A stretch of DNA of 64,000 nucleotides from Longimicrobiales bacterium (GTDB taxonomy: Bacteria; Gemmatimonadota; Gemmatimonadetes; Longimicrobiales; Gaopeijiaceae): positions 288,001 to 352,000 of the forward strand of contig JAWLHJ010000003.1 in assembly GCA_041690395.1 (NCBI GenBank), given 5' to 3'. Within the stretch, counting starts at the first letter, position 1, and every line of letters starts with the position of its first letter. The position numbers were made by a program, and so were the translations under genes. Under the pieces are notes generated by a model. The model was given only the letters and a program-made list of their open reading frames with translations. It ran no database searches and was not told the origin of the DNA. Positions 19,660 to 29,305 of the stretch are shown one piece after another.

Positions 19660-21339
19660 TCAGAGATAGACGATCAGGCTCGCCGCGAGAATGATCGCCA
19701 CCCACAGCACCATGCTCCCGACGGGCCAGGAACGCGCGAGCGGCCCGACCGGCCCATGCGTACGGGCCAGGCCCGCGATGAGCGCGCGCACTCGCCCGAG
19801 ACCGGCCGTGGCCAGATGCTCCCGGGCCGCAGTGGTCCGCACCGCGAACTCACGTCCGACGGCGGTCCCGAAGCGCCGGTAGAACCAGTCCCAGTCCAGC
19901 GAAATGGTGAGCGTCCGCTTCATCAGGGGCAACATCACGAAGAACGCGAGGCCCGCGAAGAGCAGAAGCTGGAACTGGCTTACCAGGTGGCTCGCGGTGT
20001 ATGGCTCGTACTCCACCGGATACGGCAGAATCGCGTAGAGCGGCCCCGGCAGCACGCCGAGCCCGATGCAGAACGCGCTGAACAGCCACATGGGCCAGAC
20101 CATGTTCTTCGGCGGATCCGACGGGCGGAGCCCGGAGTCCTTCTGGAAGAACACGAACCACGGGAACTTGATGCCCGCGTGGAGGAAGACGCCCGCGGAC
20201 GCCGCCGTAAGCACGAACCAGGCGATCGCGATGTGCTCGTGGGCCGCCGCGTCGTTGATCATCGACTTCGAGATGAAGCCCGAAGTGAACGGGAACGACG
20301 AGATGGCGAGGGCGCCGATGATCCCGGCCGTCGCGGTCTGCGGCATGGTCCGGAAGAGACCGCCGAGGTCCGTACACTTCCGCTTGCCCGTCATGTACAG
20401 CACGCTGCCGGCCGACATGAGTAGGAGCGCCTTGTAGATGATGTGGCTGAAGGCGTGCGCGGTCGCGCCGTTCAGCGCCTCCTCCGTCCCGATCCCGATG
20501 CCGGTCACCATGAACCCGACCTGGTTCACGATCGAGTACGCCAGGATACGCCGCATGTCGTTCTCGAGCAGCGCGTAGACGATCCCGTACACGGCCATGT
20601 AGAGACCGACGTAGATGAGGACCTGCGTACCCGGGAACGCCATCATGAGCGTGAAGACGGCGGTCTTCGTCGTGAACGCCGACAGGAAGACCATGCCGCT
20701 CGGGCTCGCCTCCGGATACGCGTCCGCGATCCAGGCCGAGAGCGGCGGCGCGCCGGCGTTGATCAGGAAGCCGATCAGGATCATCACGTTCGCGAAGCTG
20801 TCGAGCTGCATCGGCTCGAACGCCACCGATCCGGTCTGCGCGATGTGCGCGACCACGCCGAACATGAGAACGACGCCGCCGAACACGTGCACGAGCAGAT
20901 AGCGCATGCTCGCCGCGTACGCCTCCGACTGGTCCGACGCCCACAGGACCAGCGTCGATCCGATCGCCATCAGCTCCCAGAACACGAACATCGTGATCAG
21001 GTCGCCCGCGAACGTCACGCCCACCGCGCTGCCCGCGTAGGCGAAGGCCGCGGCGAGCTCGAGGACCCGCGCCTGGCGGATGGCGAACACCCCGCCCGCG
21101 AACGCCATGATGGCGAAGACGGTGGCGAACACCCGCCCGGTCGCCGTCCAATGGACGGGCATGAGGTCGTAGTCGAGGAACGGCACGGTGACCGTGTGCC
21201 CCTCGGGGACCATCCAGACGGCGGCGAGGGTCAGGAGCGGCAGCCCCATCACCACCAGGTTGCGCAGGCCGCCCCGGGTCGCCGGAATCAGGAACGCTCC
21301 GGCGATGAGCAACAGGCCGGGAGGGAACGACACGGTCAT
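19660..21339 (-). CDS. mrpD: Mrp-type Na+/H+ antiporter, proton-conducting subunit (D/A-like)
   Basis: FVFWELM, WIADAYPEASPSG, FTTKTAV, ENDMRRILAYS, HAFSHIIYKALL. Confidence 0.87.
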   Translation of the reverse strand: MTVSFPPGLLLIAGAFLIPATRGGLRNLVVMGLPLLTLAAVWMVPEGHTVTVPFLDYDLMPVHWTATGRVFATVFAIMAFAGGVFAIRQARVLELAAAFAYAGSAVGVTFAGDLITMFVFWELMAIGSTLVLWASDQSEAYAASMRYLLVHVFGGVVLMFGVVAHIAQTGSVAFEPMQLDSFANVMILIGFLINAGAPPLSAWIADAYPEASPSGMVFLSAFTTKTAVFTLMMAFPGTQVLIYVGLYMAVYGIVYALLENDMRRILAYSIVNQVGFMVTGIGIGTEEALNGATAHAFSHIIYKALLLMSAGSVLYMTGKRKCTDLGGLFRTMPQTATAGIIGALAISSFPFTSGFISKSMINDAAAHEHIAIAWFVLTAASAGVFLHAGIKFPWFVFFQKDSGLRPSDPPKNMVWPMWLFSAFCIGLGVLPGPLYAILPYPVEYEPYTASHLVSQFQLLLFAGLAFFVMLPLMKRTLTISLDWDWFYRRFGTAVGREFAVRTTAAREHLATAGLGRVRALIAGLARTHGPVGPLARSWPVGSMVLWVAIILAASLIVYL

Positions 21340-21680
21340 CGGTCGCCTCCGGTCCGGCCGTCGGTGTCCGGGAAGCCGTTGGCCGCCCCGTCGTAGTACA
21401 CGTCCTTCCGCTTCAGGAAGATGCCCAGGAGCTTCGCGCCGACGACCATCGCCACGCACGTGACGAAGCCGTACCAGGCATAGAAGCCGAACGTGGCGTC
21501 GATACCGAAGTACTCGTAGTGGTCGACGAACAGGTCACCGGCGACGATCAGCGCCAGGACCACGGACGACCCGATCCACAGCTTGCGGATCGTTTCGGGC
21601 TTCACGAGCCAGTGCTCGGGCTCGTCGGGCGCCTTGCGCGGCGGATTTCCGGGCTCGGTCATGCGGCGTGCTTCACTCAT
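21336..21680 (-). CDS. small two-TM protein inside the mrp operon
   Basis: HWLVKPETIRKLW...FYAWYGFVTCVAMV...LKRKDVYY; coupled to both neighbours by ATGA overlaps. Confidence 0.75.
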   Translation of the reverse strand: MSEARRMTEPGNPPRKAPDEPEHWLVKPETIRKLWIGSSVVLALIVAGDLFVDHYEYFGIDATFGFYAWYGFVTCVAMVVGAKLLGIFLKRKDVYYDGAANGFPDTDGRTGGDR

Positions 21681-23191
21681 GGAGCGCCTCCGACGAGGGC
21701 CTTGGCCAGCGCGAGCGGCACTCCGGGGAAGAAGAAGAGGAGAACGGTCAGCCCAGCGGTGATGGTGAGCGCCACGACGATCGGCCAGGGCGCCTCACCA
21801 TGGTCGTGCGCGCCGTGATCGTCACCGCCTCCGCCGACGTACGCCGGAGCCTGGGCCTCCTCCGCCTGGAAGAAGGCCATGTAGATGATCGGCACGAAGT
21901 ACGCGGCGTTCAGCAGCGTCGACGCGATCAGGATCGCGAGCACGACCATGTGCTGGGACTCGAAGGCCCCCATCATCATGTACCACTTGCTGATGAAGCC
22001 CCCAGCGGGCGGCAGTCCGATCATGGACAACGCGCCCACCGCGAAGGCGCCCATGGTCCAGGGCATCCGGCGGCCGATGCCCCTGAGCTGGCTGATCTCG
22101 GTCTTGTGCGCGGCCGTGTAGATGGAGCCCGCCGCGAAGAACAGGGTGATCTTGCCGAATGCGTGCGCCACGATGTGGAGCGCCGCACCCGCGGCGGCCA
22201 TCGGCACGAACATGGCTGCCGCCAGCACCACGTAGCTCAACTGGCTGACCGTGGAGTACGCGAGCATGCGCTTCAGGTTACCCCGCGCCATCAGGATCCG
22301 GAGCGCCACGATGGAGCCCGCGAGGACCGTGAACCCCGAGGCGTAAACCAGCCACCCGGTTCCGGCCTCAGCCGCCAGGAAGTCGAGGCCGAAGACGTAG
22401 ACGACGACCTTCACGACGCTGAACACACCGGCCTTCACGACGGCCACGGCGTGGAGGAGCGCCGAAACCGGCGTCGGCGCGACCATCGCGGCCGGGAGCC
22501 AGCGATGGACCGGCATGACCGCCGCCTTACCGATGCCGAACATGAAGAGCGCGAGCAGGACGCCCACCAGCGGACCCTCGACGTGCCCTGCGAGAATGCC
22601 ACCCTGCTGGAAGTCCACCGACCCGGTGAGCACGTACGTCCAGATGATGCCCAGGAGGAGCAGTCCGACCGACGTCGTGATCAGGATGCCGAGATACACC
22701 CGGCCCGCCTTCATGGCGTCCTCGGTGCCCTTGTGGGTCACGAGCGGGTACGTCGAGACGGTGAGGATCTCGTAGAAGACGAAGAGCGTGACCAGGTTGC
22801 CGGAGAAGGCGATGCCGATGGCGCTCGCGATCGCCACCGCGAAGCAGACGTAGAAGCGGGTCTGCTTCTTCTCGTGGTTCCCCCGCATGTACCCGATGGA
22901 GTACAGCGAGTTGACCGGCCACAGGAGCGCCGCCACGCCGGCGAAGATCATGCCCAGCGGCTCGACTTCGAGGATGAGGCTGATCCCCGGAACCATCTCG
23001 ACCAGCGTGACCTGGGGACGGCCGCCCGCGAGAACTTCGGGCAGGATCGACCCGACGATGACGAGAAGGATGCCCGCGGTGACCAGCGTGACCGTCTCGC
23101 GGAGATTCGGGCTCGCGCCGGTGAGGGCGATTCCGAACGCCCCGACTGTCGGGACGACGAGCGCGAGCACCATCAGCATCTCGGTGCTCAC
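21677..23191 (-). CDS. mrpD: Mrp-type antiporter subunit D family
   Basis: FVFYEILT, KAAVMPVHRWLPAAMVAPTPVSALLHAVAVVKAG, AHAFGKITLF. Confidence 0.9.
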   Translation of the reverse strand: MSTEMLMVLALVVPTVGAFGIALTGASPNLRETVTLVTAGILLVIVGSILPEVLAGGRPQVTLVEMVPGISLILEVEPLGMIFAGVAALLWPVNSLYSIGYMRGNHEKKQTRFYVCFAVAIASAIGIAFSGNLVTLFVFYEILTVSTYPLVTHKGTEDAMKAGRVYLGILITTSVGLLLLGIIWTYVLTGSVDFQQGGILAGHVEGPLVGVLLALFMFGIGKAAVMPVHRWLPAAMVAPTPVSALLHAVAVVKAGVFSVVKVVVYVFGLDFLAAEAGTGWLVYASGFTVLAGSIVALRILMARGNLKRMLAYSTVSQLSYVVLAAAMFVPMAAAGAALHIVAHAFGKITLFFAAGSIYTAAHKTEISQLRGIGRRMPWTMGAFAVGALSMIGLPPAGGFISKWYMMMGAFESQHMVVLAILIASTLLNAAYFVPIIYMAFFQAEEAQAPAYVGGGGDDHGAHDHGEAPWPIVVALTITAGLTVLLFFFPGVPLALAKALVGGAP

Positions 23192-24666
23192 GGCGTGCCT
23201 CCGAGCAGCATGCGCGCGGCCTGGCCCGCGACCCCGGACGTGAAGGTCGCGTCGATGCCGAAGTAGAAGTTGGCCACGATCAACGCCCAGGTCGGGAGGA
23301 GCAGGCCGAGCGGAGCTTCCTGAACCGTATCGTCATCACCGGCGAAGTCCTTGAAGTACGCGGCCTCCACGACCTTCCAGATATAGACGACCGCCATCAG
23401 CGACGTGATGAGCACCAGCACCGCGACCGGCCACCAGCCGAGCTCGAGCGCGCCCGAGATCAGGTACCACTTGCTGATGAACCCGACCGTGGCGGGAACG
23501 CCGATGAGGCTCAGGCCGGCCAGCACGAATGAGGCCATGGTCCACGGCATCTTACGGCCGAGTCCCTGCATGGCCTCGATGTGGACGGACCCGATGCGGT
23601 AGAAGACGGCGCCGAGCGCCATGAAGAGCGCGCCCTTCATGAGGGCGTGGTTGAACATGTGCACGATGGCCGCCGTGAGGCCTGTCACCGAGGCCATGCT
23701 CACGCCGAGGATCATGTACCCGATCTGCGCGACCGACGAATAGGCCAGCATGCGCTTCACGTTGACCTGGAAGATCGCGACCAGCGACATGCTGAAGATC
23801 GCGACCAGCGCGAGCGGCATGAACACCAGGTCCACCTGCATCCGGTCGAACGCGAAGGCCGCGCCGAACACGGTGAAGAAGAACCGGAGCATCATGTAGA
23901 CCGCGACCTTGGTCGCGGTCGCCGCGATGAACGCCGTGACGGCCGAAGGCGCGTACGTGTATGCGTTCGGCAGCCACAGATGGAGCGGGAAGAGCGCCAG
24001 CTTCAGGCTGAACCCGACGGCCAGGAACGCGAAGGCGACCGGAATCGTACGCTGGTCCATGACCGCGGGTAGCCGCTCGGCCAGGTCGACCATGTTCAGC
24101 GTGCCGGTCATCGCGTACATGAGCCCGATGCCGATCACGATGAAGGTCGCGCCGACCGACCCCATGATGAGGTACTGGTACGAGGACACAAGGGCCCGCC
24201 GGTCCTGCCCCATCGCGATGAGCGCGTAGGCGGAGAGCGACGAGATCTCGAGGAAGACGAAGACGTTGAACACGTCGCCGGTCACCGAGATGCCGAGGAG
24301 CCCGGTCAGGCTCAGGATCCACGCGGCGTAGAAGAGCGGAATGCGGTCGCTCTCGACCTCGCGCTCGACGCTCTGTCTCGCATAGAGCACCGCGACCGCG
24401 CCGATGGCCGCGACGATGAACGCCACGAAAGCGCTCACCGCGTCGATGCGGTACTCGATACCGATCGGTGGAGCCCAGGACCCCATCTCGTAGCGCAGGA
24501 CCCGGCCGCCCTGCACCTGCGCGAGCAGCCCACCGGCAGCGTAGAGCGCCCAGAAAGAAGCCGCCACCGCGACCAGCCACGAGAGCGTGGGCCGGTTCAG
24601 GAGCGCGGCCAGCGGAGCCGCGATGAGCGGGACCGCGACGAGAAGTACCGGAAGGTGCTCGATCAC
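23188..24666 (-). CDS. mrpD: Mrp-type antiporter subunit D
   Basis: FNVFVFLEISS, LKLALFPLHLWLPNAY, KRMLAYSSVAQIGY, NHALMKGALF. Confidence 0.92.
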   Translation of the reverse strand: MIEHLPVLLVAVPLIAAPLAALLNRPTLSWLVAVAASFWALYAAGGLLAQVQGGRVLRYEMGSWAPPIGIEYRIDAVSAFVAFIVAAIGAVAVLYARQSVEREVESDRIPLFYAAWILSLTGLLGISVTGDVFNVFVFLEISSLSAYALIAMGQDRRALVSSYQYLIMGSVGATFIVIGIGLMYAMTGTLNMVDLAERLPAVMDQRTIPVAFAFLAVGFSLKLALFPLHLWLPNAYTYAPSAVTAFIAATATKVAVYMMLRFFFTVFGAAFAFDRMQVDLVFMPLALVAIFSMSLVAIFQVNVKRMLAYSSVAQIGYMILGVSMASVTGLTAAIVHMFNHALMKGALFMALGAVFYRIGSVHIEAMQGLGRKMPWTMASFVLAGLSLIGVPATVGFISKWYLISGALELGWWPVAVLVLITSLMAVVYIWKVVEAAYFKDFAGDDDTVQEAPLGLLLPTWALIVANFYFGIDATFTSGVAGQAARMLLGGTP

Positions 24667-25016
24667 TGGCTCTCGTCCTCGATCTCGGCTTCTTCGATGG
24701 TTCCGTAGGCCTCTTTGATCCTCACCGTGAGCGCGAGGCCGACCGCGGTCGTGGCGACGCCGACGACGATGGCGGTCAGGATGAGGACGTGCGGTATCGG
24801 ATTGGAGTAGACCACCCCTTCCGCCCCCGAGATCAGGTACGGGGGGGTCCCGCCGGTGATCTTGCCCAGGCTGATGTAGAGGATGAAGACCGACGCCTGG
24901 AAGATGTTCAGGCCGATCAGCTTCTTCACCAGGTTCCCGCGGGCGATCAGGATGTAGAAACCGGTCATCATCAGGAAGACGACCGCCCAGTAGTTGAAGA
25001 GCCCCAACGCTTCCAT
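24663..25016 (-). CDS. mrpC: Mrp antiporter subunit C
   Basis: NLVKKLIGL, NPIPHVLILTAIVVGVAT. Confidence 0.92.
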   Translation of the reverse strand: MEALGLFNYWAVVFLMMTGFYILIARGNLVKKLIGLNIFQASVFILYISLGKITGGTPPYLISGAEGVVYSNPIPHVLILTAIVVGVATTAVGLALTVRIKEAYGTIEEAEIEDESQ

Positions 25017-25017
25017 A

Positions 25018-25437
25018 TCAGCTCTTCCTCCGGCCGGCGAACGCGTAGAACAGGCCCACCATGACCCCGAAGACCGTGGTGATCACCCCTGCTTCGATCA
25101 TCAGGATGCCGTAGTGCTGCCCGGACGCCGGGTCGGGTCCGAGCACGTTGTAGCCCAGGAAGTTTTCGCCGAGGGCCAGCGCCAGGAATCCCGTCCCCGC
25201 GAAGATCATGACCCCCAGCGCGCCGCACACGTACGGGACGGAGGGGGGCAGGACGCGCAGAACGTTGGCGAGGCCGTATACGAGGGCGTAGAGGATGAAC
25301 GCCGAAGCCAGGATCACCCCGGCCTGGAAGCCGCCGCCGGGGCCGTAGTCGCCGTGGAACTGGACGTAGAAGGCGAAGACCATGATGAACGGAGTCAGGA
25401 TCTTCGAGCCGATCCTGAGGATCACGCGATCATCCAT
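25018..25437 (-). CDS. mrpB: Mrp antiporter subunit B
   Basis: QFHGDYGPGGGFQAGV MnhB motif. Confidence 0.9.
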   Translation of the reverse strand: MDDRVILRIGSKILTPFIMVFAFYVQFHGDYGPGGGFQAGVILASAFILYALVYGLANVLRVLPPSVPYVCGALGVMIFAGTGFLALALGENFLGYNVLGPDPASGQHYGILMIEAGVITTVFGVMVGLFYAFAGRRKS

Positions 25438-26062
25438 GGTCGGCCTCCTTCTTCTTCCTCGCCGGGCTGGCGCCGCCGGCTCGCCGGATCGCGTCACGGC
25501 CCAGGGAGCCGGGCCGCATGTCCACCGACCGGTGACCGTTCTGCCCGCCTCGCGCCAGCAGCAGGAGCACGCCGACGAGCGCGGTGAAGACCACGGCCGC
25601 CTCACCCATGGTGTCGAATCCGCGGTACGAGCCGAGCACCACGGTCACGATGTTCGGGATGTGCGTGTCGTCATAGGACTCTTCCAGGTAGTACGGCGCG
25701 ACGTGCTGATGAACGGGATTGTCGGCCGCGCCGAACGTCGGCATGTCCAGCGACCCGTAGATCAGGATCCCACCGACCACGAGCGTGACGAAGAGAGGCA
25801 GGATGGGCCGATGCTTCGGCTTCGCCTCCTCGCTTCCGACGAGGGCGAGCGTCCCCAGCATGAGGATCGTGGAGACCCCGGCGCCGACGGCGGCCTCCGT
25901 GAAGGCCACGTCCATTGCGTCCATGGTCACGAACAGGCCCGCGGAAAGCAGGCTGTAGATGCCCATGAGCATGGTGGCGGCGAACAGGTTCCGGATACGA
26001 ACCACCGCGATGGCGGTCACGCCGAGGAGCACCAGCAGCACGATATCGACGACGGTGATCAC
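25430..26062 (-). CDS. Mrp subunit B'/A C-terminal part (DUF4040 domain)
   Basis: DVAFTEAAVGAG, NIVTVVLGSYRGFDTMGE. Confidence 0.88.
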   Translation of the reverse strand: MITVVDIVLLVLLGVTAIAVVRIRNLFAATMLMGIYSLLSAGLFVTMDAMDVAFTEAAVGAGVSTILMLGTLALVGSEEAKPKHRPILPLFVTLVVGGILIYGSLDMPTFGAADNPVHQHVAPYYLEESYDDTHIPNIVTVVLGSYRGFDTMGEAAVVFTALVGVLLLLARGGQNGHRSVDMRPGSLGRDAIRRAGGASPARKKKEADHG

Positions 26063-26382
26063 GAGGCGGCCTCCCCCTGCTCGTCGGGTGCCGAGCGACT
26101 CATCCCGAGAATCGCGGCCCGGGCGAGCGCGTGGCTCGCTATGGGGCTGGTGAAGAGCAGGAACGCGTAGATGAAGAGGAGCCGGACAAGTACCATCCAG
26201 TCGGTGGTCTGGAGCGCCATGCCGAGCAAGAGGAAGCCCGCCCCCATGGTGTCCGTCATGCCGGCCGGATGGAGTCGGGCGAGGATGTCGGGCATCCTCA
26301 GGATGCCGACGGTCCCGACGATCATGAAGAACAGCCCCGAGACGATGAAGACCCAGCTCAGGATATCGAGGATCGGCTCCAT
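26059..26382 (-). CDS. mrpG: Mrp antiporter subunit G
   Basis: GILRMPDILARLHPAG..DTMG, TSPIASHALARAA. Confidence 0.92.
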   Translation of the reverse strand: MEPILDILSWVFIVSGLFFMIVGTVGILRMPDILARLHPAGMTDTMGAGFLLLGMALQTTDWMVLVRLLFIYAFLLFTSPIASHALARAAILGMSRSAPDEQGEAAS

Positions 26383-26669
26383 CAGGCCTCCCCTCCCCCG
26401 AGCGGCTCGCGCCCACGCCCGAGATCCCGGAACTCGAAGAACTTCAGCACGGTGATGGTCCCGATGAAGTTGATGAGCGCGTAGACGAGCGCGAGATCGA
26501 GGAATTCGGGGCGGCCGTTCAGGTATCCGAGCACCGCGATCAGCAGCACGGTCTTGGTGCCGAAGATGTTCACGGCGAGCACACGGTCGTATACGGAGGG
26601 CCCGACGAGCGCGCGCACGAGCGCCAAGCTCATGCTGACGAGGACTCCGGCGGTGGCGACGAAGAACAT
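26382..26669 (-). CDS. mrpF: Mrp antiporter subunit F
   Basis: GPSVYDRVLA, DLALVYALINFIGT. Confidence 0.92.
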   Translation of the reverse strand: MFFVATAGVLVSMSLALVRALVGPSVYDRVLAVNIFGTKTVLLIAVLGYLNGRPEFLDLALVYALINFIGTITVLKFFEFRDLGRGREPLGGGEA

Positions 26670-27142
26670 CAGGAACCCTCCACCCAGTGGACGCGGCGGA
26701 TCATCGGGTCGGCTTCGTCGGTGTCGAAACCGTCACCTTCGAGCACGTGCACCTCGATCGTGTCGCCGTCGATCGCGGTCGTGACGGTGCCCGGCGTCAG
26801 CGTCACCGAGTTCCCGTAGATGACCTTGGCGAGGTCGGTGCGGTAGCGGATCGGGTAGCGGCCGAGCTTCGGCGAGATGGGCAGCCGCGGATCGAGGACG
26901 ATGCGGGCCATGCGCACGTTCGACTTGAAAACCTCCCAGAGGAGCCACGGGAGGTAGACGAGGAAGCGGAAGCCGATGTGGAGCGGGAGGCCTTCCTCGT
27001 CGACCACGTCCATGCGGCGCGCGACGTACACCACGAGGAGGCACGAAGCCGCTCCCAGGCTCAGGAGCAGAGGTGTATAGTGCCCCGAAAGGAGGAGCCA
27101 GAAACCGTACAGTATCGCGCCCAGTCCGAATAGTCGGAGCAA
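26669..27142 (-). CDS. mrpE: Mrp antiporter subunit E
   Basis: FWLLLSGH, NSVTLTPGTVT, EVHVL; TTG start after a GGAG RBS. Confidence 0.9.
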   Translation of the reverse strand: MLRLFGLGAILYGFWLLLSGHYTPLLLSLGAASCLLVVYVARRMDVVDEEGLPLHIGFRFLVYLPWLLWEVFKSNVRMARIVLDPRLPISPKLGRYPIRYRTDLAKVIYGNSVTLTPGTVTTAIDGDTIEVHVLEGDGFDTDEADPMIRRVHWVEGS

Positions 27143-27215
27143 GCTTGACTCCCTGATGAATGTTCCAGGCTGACGGGCGTGCGCGCCCCGCATAGGCGAA
27201 AAATCAGCGCGGAAT

Positions 27216-27761
27216 CTACCAGTTGGACTGCGCCCCGTCCACAATGGCCTGGACCAACAGCTCGATGGCGGCTCTCCGCCCCTCTTCCTCGGGGGCGCCT
27301 TCCGCGAAAAGCCCTTGCGCCGTCTCGCTGTTCGATTCCCAAAGGATCACGTTCTCGACCCGGTCGACGATCTGGACGCTGATCGAGATCCGCACCTCGC
27401 GCTGGAGCACCTCGGCAGGCTGACCACCCGCACCTGCCCTGTAGTTCGGTGCTTGGACGTCGTAGCGGGTGACGGATCCGCGCACCACCGCGTCGGCCGA
27501 CTCCAGACCCGCCTGGCGGACGCCGAGCGCGGACGGGAGACTCCTCACGAGCTCGTCGTAGAGCTCGCTCGCGACCTCGAATCGCTCGGACTCGTTGTCG
27601 AACGGCTCGATCGCGATGGTGCGGACGTGTGGCGGAGGGAAGGAGCCCGCTTGGAAGGAGTAGTTGCACCCCGCGGCCGCGATCACCGCCGCCAGCACCG
27701 TGCAGGCGGTGAGCGGCACTCGGCGGCGGGGGCGCAGGGTCGGCGTCAGGTCGGAGATCAT
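27216..27761 (-). CDS. lptE: LPS assembly lipoprotein LptE family
   Basis: AAGCNYSF lipobox, VRTIAIEPFDNES, ADAVVRGSVTRY, C-terminal QSNW. Confidence 0.75.
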   Translation of the reverse strand: MISDLTPTLRPRRRVPLTACTVLAAVIAAAGCNYSFQAGSFPPPHVRTIAIEPFDNESERFEVASELYDELVRSLPSALGVRQAGLESADAVVRGSVTRYDVQAPNYRAGAGGQPAEVLQREVRISISVQIVDRVENVILWESNSETAQGLFAEGAPEEEGRRAAIELLVQAIVDGAQSNW

Positions 27762-28465
27762 CAGCGGGTGGGAATCCAGATGTCGTCGGGGAAGGACGAT
27801 ACGGTCTCCATGGATTCCCGCACCAGCTGAAGCTCGCGGAAGTCCGTCCGGTGCCGGTACGTCGCCTCGGTAGGGAAGCGCTCTCCGGCGGCGATGACAA
27901 GTTCGACTTCCTCGACCACGCGGCCGCCGCTCAGCACTTCCACGCGCACCAGGACGTCGTCGAGGGCCTGATAGTGGAGCTCCGTCCCGTCCGGGTAGCG
28001 GTACCGGAGCCGCACGCTACCGTCCTCCAAACGGTCGCCGCCCGTGAAGGTCGCGTCGGGACCGGGGTGGACCACGCCGAGGGCGGCCCACAGCAAGTCG
28101 GGTGGAGGAAGCACGTCGTCGGAGGCTCCGGCGGGAAGCCGGATCTCCGAGTCGACCAGAGCCGCGCGCAGGGCCGTCTCGCCGTTGTCGAGGAACAGGT
28201 CCAGGCGCGCGCGGGCCGGCGGCGCGACCCGGGCGGCGCCCCGCCCCCGCGCCCGTACCCCACGGTCGTTGGCTCGCCAGCCGAAGACGACCTGGACGGC
28301 GGTGTCCAGGCGTGTCTCGGCCCGGAGGGCGTCGGCCATGCCGGCCGCGTCGGGCACGGGTGCGACCACGGCGGGGCGGCCGGGGGCGCAGCCGGTCAGG
28401 AGCGCCGCCAGGAGCATGGCTCCCGAGGCGTTGCGGACGGAGGCTGAAGCGCTGGGTAGGTTCAT
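27761..28465 (-). CDS. hypothetical lipoprotein (possibly LolB/DUF4292-like)
   Basis: LLAALLTGC lipobox, ARLDLF, beta-rich domain; stop abuts the lptE start. Alternative start 28417. Confidence 0.6.
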   Translation of the reverse strand: MNLPSASASVRNASGAMLLAALLTGCAPGRPAVVAPVPDAAGMADALRAETRLDTAVQVVFGWRANDRGVRARGRGAARVAPPARARLDLFLDNGETALRAALVDSEIRLPAGASDDVLPPPDLLWAALGVVHPGPDATFTGGDRLEDGSVRLRYRYPDGTELHYQALDDVLVRVEVLSGGRVVEEVELVIAAGERFPTEATYRHRTDFRELQLVRESMETVSSFPDDIWIPTR

Positions 28466-28555
28466 ACGACGCAAAGTAAGCAAATCACGGACCGTGAGGG
28501 GCGTCGCCACGCGCGGCCCTTCCAAACGGCGCCCGTTCTTGCCTACCTTCGCAGC

Positions 28556-29305
28556 GTGACTGCCTCCCAACCCGTCTACCTCGCCTCCGACGTCCATTAC
28601 GGCGCGATCTCCCGCGACCGGGAGCGGGCTTTCCTGGCCTGGCTCGAGCATGCGGCCGCCGAAGCCTCGCGCATCGTGGTCAACGGAGACCTCTTCGACT
28701 TCTGGTTCGAATACCGGACCGGGCCGACGCGCGGATACGACGAGCTGCTGGACCTCCTCCGGAGGATCGTGGCTTCCGGCGTACCGATCACGCTGATGGG
28801 CGGCAACCACGACTGCTGGGGCGGGCGCTACCTCACCGAGGACGTCGGCGTCGAGTTCCTGAACGGTCCCGTCGTGCGCGACTACGCGGGACACAGGACC
28901 TTTCTCGCCCACGGGGACGGACTCGGGCGCGGGGACTGGGGCTACCGGCTCGTGAAGCCGATCCTGCGGAGCAGGCTCACGTCGTTCGCCTTCGGCCTGC
29001 TACCCCCGGCCGTCGGGGACCGCATCGCGGGACGGGCGTCCAGGACCGAAGGCCGGTGGTCGGAGCCGAACGCGCGACAGCTCGACAGGGCTCGGGCGCT
29101 GGAGGAGTGGGCCGTCGCGAAGCTCACCGCCGAGCCCGACCTGGATCTGGTGGTTCTTGGACATGCGCACGTCCCGTCGGCTCTGGAGGTGGCCCCGGGG
29201 CGGTGGTACGTCAATGCCGGCGACTGGGTCTTCCGGCGGACGTACGTCGTGCTCGAGCGCGGGTCTCCACCCGCCCTCGAGGAGTGGGAGGAGATCTCCG
29301 CATGA
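28556..29305 (+). CDS. lpxH: UDP-2,3-diacylglucosamine diphosphatase (LpxH-like metallophosphoesterase)
   Basis: SDVHYG, NGDLFDFWFEY, GNHD, AHGDG, GHAH, NAGDW. Confidence 0.85.
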   Translation: MTASQPVYLASDVHYGAISRDRERAFLAWLEHAAAEASRIVVNGDLFDFWFEYRTGPTRGYDELLDLLRRIVASGVPITLMGGNHDCWGGRYLTEDVGVEFLNGPVVRDYAGHRTFLAHGDGLGRGDWGYRLVKPILRSRLTSFAFGLLPPAVGDRIAGRASRTEGRWSEPNARQLDRARALEEWAVAKLTAEPDLDLVVLGHAHVPSALEVAPGRWYVNAGDWVFRRTYVVLERGSPPALEEWEEISA

